Source: Hypanus sabinus
Lineage: Eukaryota
Length of the DNA: 64,000 bases
Reading direction: 5' to 3'
NCBI RefSeq assembly: GCF_030144855.1
Contig: NC_082712.1
Coordinates: 34,472,001 to 34,536,000, forward strand
Positions 25,601-37,800 of this stretch are shown piece after piece. A program made the position numbers and the translations under genes. Positions within the stretch are counted from its first letter, which is position 1, and every line of letters starts with the position of its first letter. The notes beneath the pieces are model-generated. The model did no database searches, was not told the origin of the DNA, and saw only the letters and a list, made by a program, of their open reading frames with translations.

Positions 25601-26407
25601 CGCTGTCTACAAAGTTTTGTTCTACCCCTGACTGTGTGGGTTTCCTCCAGGTGCTCTAGGTTTTCTCCCACAGTCCAAAGACACTGGTTGGATATTAATT
25701 GGTTATAGTACATTATCCTGTGATCAGACTAGAGTTACATTGGGGGTTACTGGGTAGTGTGGCTTGAAGGGCCTATTCTGTGCTGTATTGCAATAAATAA
25801 TCACTCCTCCAAATGCTGTTTCTCAGAATCTCCTCCAGTGACATTGGGGTCAACTTTCCTCACACCATTGATTCTTGTGTTATCTGCTAAATTGCTAATC
25901 AGGCCACTTACTATCCAATTCCTTTTTGAAAGTCTTGTTTCTTCTATCATTAATCTAGGGACATGAAATGAACTCACAAATGAAGAAACTTTAAATTGGG
26001 AAGGAAGAATAATTAATAAAATTGATATTGGTCTAACATTTTTCCCCTTTAATTACTTTTCTCTTTCACAATTAGCATGTTTAATACTGCATTTATATAA
26101 TTAGGACAAGGGTTTTCTTGTGACTATATTTAACAGGTTGCAAGTACTTGAAGAAGAATTGGCTTCCGTGACTCATGAAAGAGATACAAGTGTGAAGGAA
26201 CGTAATATCACAATCCTGGAAATTAAAGAACTACAAAATCTCAACCATGAACTTCAGGAGCTAATAATAAAGCTTGAAAATTCTAAGATTAATGCTACAC
26301 ACAAGTATCCTAAATACAGTGTTGAGATGGTCCCTGTACCACCATTGACTGATGGGCAAATAAGTCTGCTGCTTACCTTCAATCAATATGGACAAATAAG
26401 TGATTAA
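10138..26407 (+). CDS. Uncharacterised RVxF-CARD-coiled-coil protein (262 aa; 287 aa with a probable extra exon)
   Basis: Exons 10138-10198, 10378-10529, 16037-16205, [16935-17009], 18260-18395, 26137-26407. All joins are GT-AG, phases match (1,0,1,[1],2) and there is no internal stop. Protein: [127 protein letters not shown]...[89 protein letters not shown]...GQISD*. AATAAA at 26505-26510. Confidence 0.85.
12361..12864 (+). mobile_element. Rex1/Babar- or L2-type LINE 3' end
   Basis: Near-identical in reverse to 46877-47400. RT C-terminal remnant ([21 protein letters not shown]), with tail AATAAACCTGATTCTGATTCT. Confidence 0.8.
13300..15897 (+). mobile_element. CR1 LINE, near-complete ORF2 with frameshifts, in intron 2 of the CARD gene
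   Basis: Consecutive ORFs 13358-13600 ([15 protein letters not shown]), 13805-14524, 14439-14858 ([37 protein letters not shown]) and 15007-15657 ([12 protein letters not shown]). Confidence 0.95.
18420..21355 (+). mobile_element. Degenerate CR1 LINE
   Basis: Fragments [36 protein letters not shown] and VRLHLEYC, separated by many stops. Confidence 0.9.
22200..25530. mobile_element. Cluster of old CR1 3' fragments in both orientations
   Basis: Remnants [13 protein letters not shown] (22741-22959, -), [10 protein letters not shown] (24078-24350, +) and SKAFEK..WIQNWL (25256-25444, -). Confidence 0.7.
25541..25800 (+). mobile_element. V-SINE (HE1-like) remnant
   Basis: tRNA-like head followed by a V-domain-like core TGTGTGGGTTTCCTCCAGGTGCTCTAGGTTTTCTCCCACAGTCCAAAGAC (~25634-25682). 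Confidence 0.7.
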
Positions 26408-28867
26408 TATAATGCAACTGCATTGAATACTTTACCATTGCACTGTTGCCTGTGACACTAAATGAAGTATCAGTCAGCATGTTTAGAAGGAAATCTAACT
26501 GAAGAATAAACTCCTGTGTAAATCCTTGGAATTAATAACTTTTTCATTCAAGCTGTGTGCTGTGGCCTGATTGTTTCACTAAGTGTTTGTACATCCAGAA
26601 TTCTCATACAACCAAGGAAGATTAGACTTATGAAAATAAGCTGATAGAGTAAATTTTATTATACAAATTAAGTCAGAAAAGACATTTTCAATTTACCAAC
26701 ATTGTTACATGAACAGTAAAGTTGTAGCAGCAACATCTTTAAAAATTTGGCACTTCATGTACAGCCATTGAGATTTTTTTGTCTCTATATTAACATTTTC
26801 AATTAGAACTGCAGTGTAAAATATAGTTCTTTAAAAGGAAATGGAAACGACATAGGTAATTTGTTTGAATTCATGTCACATACCAGTGACAATAAACCTG
26901 ATTCTGTAACTAGTGTGCAAATATGAATACTAGTCATGTTCTTTGAACATTGAACATACAACTGGCATTTTCACATTCTCCAAGACTGGGACTATATTGT
27001 GCATTGAATGGATGAATGTACTGTGTACTACAGTACATTAGGTTTGAGCACATTTGAGCAGACCCCCCCCCCCCGAAAAAAAATCATCATTAAATAGTCA
27101 AAATATGATTATAATAAAAACAGAAAATGCTGAAACTATCAGCATCTACTTCAAGGCTTTAAAAAAAAAATTCCAATTCTAATGAAAATTCAAATACATT
27201 ACATTTCAAGGGTAGTGTGTTTCATGACCTGAAATGTAATTTTTGCTGCCCACAAAAGACATGTTACTTGATGTACTGTATTTTCAGCCATTTTTTTGAA
27301 AACTATTTCAGCTTTCCAGCAACTGCAGCTTTTGGTTAACAATGACCATTGCTACCTCTATCTGGCTTTGAAAGTCATGAAGCTATTCTTGTCCCATTGT
27401 TTTCATTACCTTTTTAAATATGAAATTAAGTACTAGTTCAATTTATTTAACTTCCATAGATACTGGATTGTACAGGCATAATCAGTTTTTGTTTAACAAC
27501 TTTCAATTAATGTAAGTACAGGACATTTTAAAATTGTATTTGTCATCACTTGAGGTATATATTAATAACCTTGACCTGGCAGTATTTTTAGTTTATTACT
27601 AACAACCCTATCAACAGAACAAAAACAAGTGAAAATTTACTGTGGTATTTTCATTATAAAAAGCAACAACTTTCAATAGTGGGGATGCTGGAAATTAATG
27701 TTAACAATGAATAGGCCTTTCTCCCCACCCACCCAAGTTCTCAGGCATTTATTAACTCAACTTGTTTTGATCAAGAAGTATTCAACTGAATTAAGTCTTT
27801 CCTGCAATGGAACAACAGGTCAGAGAGGAAAAAGAAAATCACTGAATAGCAATTGAATTGATTTATAGATGGATTTGTTCACCCTCAAATCAAAGTAATA
27901 GGTTATTTGTAATGTCTTTTATACACAACTGTTTTTGTAACACACTTTGTTCAAACATCAGTTTTGAATTGTCATTTACTTAGCGTTGTTCACACCCTAC
28001 GTTAGAATAGCAATAACAAAATGAAAATGCTTAGCAGGTCAGGCAGCATGTGTGGGCAGAAACAGTTATTTCAGTGAAAAGTTGTCAATCTGAAACATTA
28101 ATTCCCTTTCAACAGGTGCTACCAGCTGTTCTTTTCCAGCATTTCATTTTTATCAAGGATTTCCTTTATCTGTAGTTTCTTTTATTTTCTTGATTCTATT
28201 AAAATCTACTAAGATGGTTGTAGTAATGGGTAGGTTTATGGACAGCAGAAGCAATAGCAGATATGGAACCAGAATGCCTCCCATTTCTCTGGCTCAACTT
28301 GGTGATTTGAGCAGAATACACATTTCTGAGCATGTGATCTGAAATCAAAAAGAGTAGTTCTGAATTTCTACTGTAGGAGCAACTCCAATTGCACAAATTT
28401 CAAGCCTTAAGTTCTAGTACATAAAGTAACAGCGATATTGTCATTATGTTTTGACATGGTGAATTCAAGGATGCACCATTTTACATAGCTCAAAGGCAGA
28501 TGGGGAGTTGAGGTATGGATCAGACACAACCCAGCTGAATGATCCATGCTATATCTATGCAAGGTGCAAGCCATGCTTACACCCACTTAACTATAAAATC
28601 ATGATAATTTACAAAAACAGTTTTTACATTTCAACAAATGCATTGACAAAATGCACCAAAACACTCGTCCTTGAGAAAGATCATCTCATATACAAATCAG
28701 TTATAGAGTAAATAGCATTATAAGGATGTTCTAAACTGACAGATTATCATCATTATTATAATAATATGTGAAATATAACTAGTAATTTAAATTATAAAAC
28801 TGACAATATTTACATATTCTTAAAAAGTAATCTGATATGGATGAAAATTAAAATGGTTACAGTCTGC

Positions 28868-31800
28868 TTAGCTGATATATGGCCTGGTGTAGACTGCCTT
28901 TAATGCAAGTAATAATTTAATAACTGGTGTGCACAATGCTGTAATTACAGGCAGGCTGTAATATTGAAGGTAAAATGAGATATCATGGACTTTTATTAAG
29001 CCAAACATTTTCAAAATCCCCCGTTTTGTTGGAGGAAGGCATCGGAATCGCCAATAGCTAACAATGTCATGGTAGCAGCGAAGGTCATGCCCTGATACTG
29101 CTAGGTCCGCCTGCAATTAGAAATAATGAATTTTAACCAAGTGCATAAACTAATTTTCTTCCATTTTTGCAGAGAAATGCTTATGTTCATGAGGGTATTT
29201 AATCCTTTACTATCAATGTTTAATTTACATATGTAACCAAATAAATTACCCCAAGGTTCTTAACAAGAGCAAAAATAATAAAAATATTTTTATCAACAAT
29301 CTACAAGGAGCATAACAAGATGGTTGACCTGAAGCCTGGTCTTAAGGATTGTTGTCAGGGAGGACAGAGTCAAGATGGAAGGACCATAGAGAGCTTTGAA
29401 GTTTGGGGCCAAAACAACTAAGGTTTACCTAGGTTGGGACACAAAAAGTTAACCAGAAGAACTTTGCACTGTGGAAATAAGGCCGTAGACAAAATTTTAA
29501 ACAGCAGATAAACTGAGACAGGCAAATGCAGGCAACATTAGGAGGTAGAAATAGGCAGTTATAGTGATTCATTAATTGGAAAATTTATCTCTGGGGCAAA
29601 CAAATCAATTTACAAATGCTTTGGCTTTGTTATGCAGTTGCCAGGTATGGAAATACACGTTAAGGAAAGGAGTTACATTGGTTAAATTCCAGTACCATGA
29701 TTTATGACTTGTAAATCATAAGACCATTTACCATCTAAATATCCATCTAAAAGGAAATTAAAGTCTGATATTAGAACAGAAGGCAAATTCCACTATTTAA
29801 GTTAGAAGAAATACAGTAAAACATCAAAACTATTTACAACTATATCAAAGCAACCATATTCCATTTTATATACCAACAGTGACTAGATGAGAGACAATTC
29901 TGATTAAAAGATTTGGCCTGACATACTGTATATTAACAAATGCTCAGCAAAATAGTGCAGTGCCTGGAAAGTTGTCCTCTATATCTATATAAATTTACTT
30001 CACACTTCAGTGGATTACATTTGTGTGTGAATGACAAACTGCTTTTGGCAGTCAGCATTATTTACTCGGTAAGCATCATGAAACAAATTTATTAGAAACA
30101 AATTTATTTTGACCTAAAAGTAATGAAGACATGATCTAGGACGGGAGTGTGTTTAGTGATCCTGCTCCTGAAGTTGATAGTCTCTCTCTTACCTACTCAT
30201 CTTGGCAGCAGTATGTTGTCATTATTAAGGAAGCATAGATACCACAAAATCTCAACAGGTTACTATCAGTGTCTCAACACAATTGGCACTGAAACACCCG
30301 TCCTTTTTTAAAAAAAAAGTGGATATGTTTACCTCGGATTGGTAGACACGTTTGCCGAAGCATTGATGAGGGGAAGTCAGTGCAGAGCTCTTTTGCAAAA
30401 TACTGTGGATTCCAGTTAAATGGTTAATCAGGGCAGCAACTTACTTGGGACAACTCTTAACAAAAACTAATCAAAATAGCCAGGATTCCCTTTGTTTATT
30501 TGGGACAGAAGTCTGTTGCCAAGCAGTTTCTAACCAGTCAGTTGTGTGCACTTGTGTGGCTGGTAACACTATACCGTGCTTAGAGGGAACAGTTTATAAA
30601 TAGCATCAGCTGCTTATGTTTGCGTTCAAAAAGCAGTGATTTCCGTCAATGATAGTTAGTGAGAAATAAGCAGCAAGACAATTCAGAACTATTTTGCTCA
30701 CTGTTGTTTTCAAGCATTCAGGCTTGGAGATGGTAGAAATTGCACAGGGTGAAAATGAAACAATTTCACTACTTCAAGTTAGGAACAATGAAGAATTTGA
30801 AGGTATCAACAATCATCTTGAATGTTACAATGAAAATGAAGATTTGGAGGATGCAGTAATCAAAATCATATGAAGGCAGTCTGTTATCTGCACTAGGTGC
30901 CTGTGCCAATTTGTTCATTTGCAGTCAAAAGAACACAGCAGTGTACACTGGAGGAATTCTTGTCAAGAACTATTAGTTCCTAATACTATAGTACTGCAGT
31001 ATTGATAGTGTTCTAATTGGTTCTATATTTCATGAAATACATAGTTTTTACTCAGCATGTCTTTTCTATATCTTTTAACTACTTTCATGAAACTTCAGCT
31101 CATTGGGACAGTCGCTTAGAGACTTCAAAATGTACTGGACCTGATGTGTCCCAATTAACTGGAATCCACTATAAATTCACCTGGACCAAAAGGTCTTGGC
31201 AAGATTGGAGACAAGGCAAAAGAATTGGTTAGTATCAAACTCAGAGAACAGAAGCCAGAAGCAATATCATGGATTGTGGTCACATCACATTAGAAACCGT
31301 ATGTAAACCTTGCTGTGCTCAATTGCTATTGCAGTACAAATTTAAAATGATTGAAAATGTTGAATACAAGAGCATTTGAGATGTTACAGAATTAACAATG
31401 ATTGTAAACCTCTAACATAATATTTATGTTTAAGAAATTCATCTAATTCTATTGAAATTATGATGCAATAGAACAAAATTAGAACTAAAGAACCAGGAGT
31501 GAGAATTCAACTAATGATTTGATAAGGTTGCCCTTTATGGGACCTTCTCATGTCCCTTTAGATGGATGTTATCATGCAAAGCTGAATTTCTAATTTTAAA
31601 TATAGTTCTTTTGCATCGAGTTGAACTGGTACTACATATTTTATTATACATACTGTGTGGGGCTTTATGTGTCCATATCATTCCCTAAATGGCACATCTT
31701 TTCTTTAAAGTCAATACTACTCATTCTTATCAACTGTCACAGCCTTACAGTATCAACACTCACCTTCTTGCTCTGGCAGCTCTTTTATTAAAATTAATTT

Positions 31801-34800
31801 ACTGCACATTCTAAAGTGATGAGGCTTTTCAACAAGGTACTGAATCTGAAAGCATCAGAAGAATTGCTGGGTACACTGATTACTCATATTTAAGCTTTCC
31901 AGAATGTTTTTTAAAAAATTCTTTCCATGTACAAATACCAAGAAAGCTGGGTAATTAAAGATCAATTAACATTTGGGCAAAGGAATTGCATTGTTGAGTG
32001 CTGAGATGTAGAATTTAGTTCAATTCTCTCTTCTTCTACGAAAACTTTGTCTATTTGAAGCTCAACAAGCCAGGTTGAGTCTGTGATCTAATAACTTTGC
32101 AAATCAAAGTATCTTTGTGCCAGCTGGTGATGTAGTGGCATCTGGACCAGACTTTAAGGGTTCAAATCCAGCCAGCTCCTTGCACACTTTCATTCAGTGC
32201 TGGGTTGAGCATTAAGCCAACAACTGCCTTAAAAAAGTAGATGAATGCTAAGGAAACGGCAAGGTTACCACCTGATGCACCACGAGATGTGGAGAGGAAC
32301 AACACAAAGTCCCTTTAAAGGGATTATCTTTCTCTGGATTTTATTATGCTCCTACATTTATCATAAAAAATATAAATACCAACCTCTTATGAAAAAGAAT
32401 CTAGTGCTTTCCCGGTGTATATGATTAATAAACTCCTCTCGGACTGCCCGCTGGGTACAGGTATCGATTATAACTGATGCTTCGATGACAAGCTGTGCAA
32501 AGGGGGCAGAGTTTGTCATTGAAATGCCGATTATAATCGATACCTGTATCCGGATGGAAGAAGAGAAGAGTTTATTCATCAACCAGATATCTTTCTGTTA
32601 TAGTTATGTTAAAGTCTATAAAATGATAAATTATGTCCCTTACCAGTTCTTCTATTAATCTGTACACTGTTCCTTCAATTGCATGTTCAAGATTTTGAGC
32701 AGCAATTAGCAGCTTCAGCATAAGCAAGGTCCATGAAGCAGCAACTACCAACAGAGCCAACCTATACAAGAGTAAGAAAAGGCACCAATAATGATTTTGT
32801 TAACTCAATTAAAAAACACCAACACAAAACATTGCTTATTAGAAAATATGAAACAGCAGAATATGCTGTAAACTATCAGTAGGGCAGGCAGCATCTACAA
32901 AGGAAAACAGTTTGCATCTCAGGTCAATGACCTTGCAACTGAAATAGTCATTGATCAGAAATGCTAACTTTTCTCCATTGATATTGCCTGATCTGCCATT
33001 AAAAGGAAAATGAAAGTTACTGGGCAATCATGGAATAGTAATAACAGTCACCATTTTTCTAACAAAAAATTCTTAACATACTGTTGATGAATTCAGCCTT
33101 CAAACTGGATCATATAACAAGCATCATGCATTTTCTTTAAACTTGTTTGAATCCATAAAGTGTTCATTCTTCAGCTGGGATAGGCTACAGCAGTTTGGTG
33201 CTGCTATGTCATATACTTGGTACCAAATTTTTGTTAAGCAATCAAATCAGAAAAGTTAAAAAAAAATCAGGATTAAACAAAAATGTTGACACTGAAAATT
33301 GTCGCGTTGTGCGCTGAAAATGGTTTATCTATTGACTAAACAACACACACAAAATACTGGAGGAACTCAGCAGGCCAGGCAGCATCTATAGAAAAAAGTA
33401 TGGTCAATGTTTTGGGCCAAGACCCTTTGGCAGGACTGGAGAGAAAAAAAAGAGTAGATTTAAAAGGTGGGGGAGGGGACAGATAAACAAGGTGATAGGT
33501 GAAACCAAGAGGGAGAGGGATGAACAACTGGGAAGTTGATTAGTACAGGCCTAGAGAAGGGAGAGTCTGATAGGTGAGGATAGAAGTTCATGGAAGGGGG
33601 AAGGAGCACTAGAGCGAAGCAATGGGCAGGCAAGAAGATAAGGTGAGAGGGGGAAAAGGGATGGGGACTGGTTAAGGAGAGAGTGGGGGGGGGGGTCCCA
33701 TTACTGGAAGTTTGAGAAATCAACAATCATGTCACCAGGCTGGAGGCTACCCAGATGCAATGCAAGGTGTTGTTCCTCCAGCCTGAGTGTGGCCTCATCG
33801 AGACAGCAGAAGAGGCCATGGATTAACATATCGGAATGGGAAGTGAAATTGAAATGGGTGGCCACTGGGAGATACTGCTTCTGATTGAGTGTGTAGGTGT
33901 TCAGCGAAACAGTCTCCCAATCTCACTTTCACCTATCACCTTTGTTTTTCTCTCTCTCCTCCCTCCAGCTTTTAAATCTACTCCACCTTTTTTCCCTCCA
34001 GCCCTGCTGAAAGGTTTGGCCCAAAATGTCGACCACTTCCCCCCCCCCCACCCCCATAGATGCTGCCTGGCCTGCTGAGATCCTCCAGCATTTTGTGTGA
34101 CTTGGATTTCTAGCATCTGCCGATTCTATTGTTTATCTAATGACTAAAATGAAGATCTAACACAGCCCCTGCACATGGCATTCCCAGATTTGCATACTAG
34201 TGGATATTTTATATATCCAAGTTCCTCACATATTTTATATTTGTGTATTTTTATAAGGAATAATATTTTATATATACACAAATTCCTACCTCCAGGTGTT
34301 CATTTGAACTGTACATCTATGATTTATCACAAAATGTTTTGAAAAAAAAATCAATCATTGGCTACAAGGTGCCATGGGATACTCGGATATTGTAAAACAC
34401 TACATAAATTCAAGGTTTTCCTTGACAAATATTTCCTTTGTTAAGTGTTGGTGACATCTAGTGACAGTATAAATGATCCACAAGAATATTGTGCAATTAT
34501 GTCTTGTCAGTGGAAATTTCATGAAAAAATATTACAGATCTGTAATGTTTCATTTAATCAAAGCAATTGAGCAATCCAAAAATCCCAGAGTTAATCATTA
34601 AACAACTGTACAGATATACAGAATTCCTCAGAATTGGATTAACATTTGATAATTAGCATAGATCTTTAAAGCATACTTCAATTAAAGCATGTCACATGTA
34701 GAAGGGGGAATAGACCTTTCACACCACATGGAATTACAAGAAGTGATGTTACTGGAAAACATTATCTAATTGGTTTCAATAGATCATACTTGACAATTTG

Positions 34801-37800
34801 ATTACATTTTAATAGTTTCAACAATATATATTTTCTCATTCATTCTTAGGATGTGGACATCGCTGGTATTGCCATCTTTTATTGTTCATTCTTAATTGCC
34901 GCAAGGATAACTTCACTATTATGTCTAGAGTCACAAAACCAGAAGTAGGAACAAGTTCTGAAGATTTACTGAACCACCTCCAATTAAATAGCAACATTAC
35001 TGAATCAGGGGACCAATATTCTTCACTACATACTAGACATGGTAATTAATATTGCTAATTAATCCCTTCTCATTGCACAATATCCAATCTAGGATAGCCC
35101 ACTCTCTAGTCAAATACAGGTCCAAAAATCCATCTTCTACATGCTCCAGAAATTCCTCCTGCAACCATTGTTACTAATTTTTTCAGAATGAACTATCCAT
35201 AGATTAAAATCTCAAAATGCTGAGTTCAGGGGTTAAGGGAGACATCAGCCCTAGTCAATAGATAGTCAGTTTCACAGTATCTACTGTTATGAATGTACCA
35301 CAGCTCTGAGGGGCCGAAGGAGCGGGAACAGCCCCCTCCTTCCGGAGAATCGCAAGATCGCTATTAATTCGGGTCTCGGACCCAGGAAGTGAGAGACAAT
35401 GCAACGGTTTTGGCCATTGTTCTTAGAGGCACCTGTGTGACGTGCATGTCCCTGCTACGTGACAGCTACCATGGATATGGACACCCTCGGGCAATGTGGG
35501 GGTGGGGATTGCATCACCCTACTTTGATGGACATCTACAACTCTGCAAGTCAAGATAAAAGGGGACTGCAGGAGGCAGTACCCCAGCGACGCACCAGAAG
35601 GACACCCTCGCTCAGTGCCCCCGTGCCTGGAAGCCACTCAACGCCACGTGCACTCTTAACTCCTTTGCCTGGGGAGCGGGTGGCTGATAATACCGAGAAG
35701 GACTTCGAACTAACAACGGGGAAACAATGTTCCCCTGATTTTACGGAGTGGCTTCATAAAGACCCGGGCAAGTTTTTTTCGTTTTTCACCGATCCCTCTA
35801 AAACACGTGAAACCCAGCGATTCCCCGAAAGGCTAAAGTCTGCAGACTACTGAGTGACTTTTATATTTCCAACGGACAAAATATTATCCCCTAGACAACA
35901 GCCGAGATTACTTCTTAATGATGATTATTACTATACCCGCGCTTTAGATTGAGTATTGACGACGTGCTTTATCTGAATGTTTGTATTAACCTTACTTTTG
36001 TGCCCCTTTATAAATAAAAACGTTTGAAAATAGTGACACCAGACTTCAACGGACCTCTCTATCTTTGCCAGTAAGTTATCCAGTTACGGGATACGTAACA
36101 CTACTTTATCCTTGGTCTCTGTTGCTTTTAATAATTAATTGTACAACTCAGATTTGGTACCAGGTTGTTGCAGCAAGAATTCTCCGCTTTTATATTCCAA
36201 TCCCCCTTGAAGTAAGATCAACATTCTATTAGCCTTCTCTATTATTGGCTACATATATGTAAGCTTTCTATGCTCTAGGGGTTCCAAAACACTGTTGCAG
36301 TTTTCTACAGTTTTACTCTATTTAAATAACACCTCATTTTTATTTCTCCTTCCAAAATGAAGGACTTCACACATTCCCACATTATACACTATTTCAATAT
36401 TTTTCTGTAAACTTGTATCCTCCTCACAAATTTCCCTTCCACCCATTTTTAACGTCATCTGCAAATTTGTCTACAATACATTCACTTCCCTCCTCCAGTT
36501 AACTTATACGAGCTGCAAATCTGACAGGTTGCTAATCAGAAAACTACTTGAAACAAAAAATTCCCTACTCACTGCTATTGCCTGGTCATCGGATCAAAAG
36601 CTCAAGAATGAAAAGTGACACAGAGTGTGATAGATTGCTGAAGCACACATATTACAAACATATTCGGCCTAAACAACTGCCCCCACCTGTTTTGGTTCTA
36701 TAGCTTAGACTCTTGGCTTGAAGAAAGAAGATTGTTAGCAATGAGCAGCTTACCAGTTTTTTGTTCTCTTTGGAGTAAGTCTGCTTTTCTGAATCATGTT
36801 ATCTACGAGGTAGTAAAGCAGTATCATTATCCCAACAACGTACAGCATTACATACAGAATGAAGGTCACGTGAAAAGCTGCTTCAAATTGCCATTGAATC
36901 TTATCCTGTAGTTTAACAAGTCATAAAGCAAGATGGGATATCAGATTCCTGGGCTTCAACTATTTACAACCTCTAAACATGATATAGTTGAGATCCAAAT
37001 TATAAATTAATGCACAAGGTGGTAAATAGAATAGAAATGTGATTTATTCCTTTTGTTAGCAAACATAGAAAAACTGATCTTTTTAAAAATAATGGTTAAG
37101 AGACAAATATTCCAAATCAAAGGAAGCTTATGCATCCTTGTACAGGAATCACATTCTTACAGGGAGTGAGTAGGCCCTTTCTTCTGACTTCAGAATTCCT
37201 AGCCTACCTAGACCTTCCTTCTTGCCATTTATCCTCCAAATACATTTCTCAAAGAGTGGGTTCAGGTGACCCAAGGTTTAAATGTGCAGGAACAGAGAGA
37301 CTGTTCATATCTGGAACAGAGGGCTATATATTTATAAAGGTACTTTGATATATGTGGAGAAGTGGAAAATAGGACCTTAGTTGGTTGTAATTTAAAGTAA
37401 CTAAAGGGCAAATTATGGCTGGAGAACTCAGACCCAGGATTCTGTTCAGGACTCTGCATTCTGTTGGTATTCAGGGACACTACGTCTATCCTGGTCCAAC
37501 TAGTTACTAGTTAAACATATTATGGTAGTCAAGAAGTAAAGGTGAGTAAAGGTGTCATGATACATACCACCAATGGCAAGGGATGAGATCTTTGAACTGA
37601 ACGTAGGCAAGCAGATTAAACACAAGAACCTAAATGATATTTCCTATATCATGTGCCAGTCGGAGTAGAGCTAAAAGGATAAATTAGATTAATGCATGGC
37701 TCGATGAATGGTGTAAGTGGAGGGATGCAAGTTCCTGAGACCTTGTTACTTGTTCTGATGGAGTTGAAACAGTAGGCTCGATATTGGGGATACAGTATTA

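Noticed and set aside
10138-26407. Calling the CARD-coiled-coil gene CARD9/10/11/14, or caspase-2 itself
   Set aside because: It lacks the CARD9-family signatures (YLRQCKV, LELYYP), the coiled coil is far shorter, and no caspase catalytic exons (QACRG) were found before the stop.
34004-34030. Active hammerhead ribozyme
   Set aside because: The catalytic core is mutated (CTGCTGA, CAAAAT); the same holds for the copy at ~61361-61390.
35389-35853. 154-aa ORF as a gene
   Set aside because: It lies entirely inside the solo LTR, starts at GTG and shows no recognisable motif.
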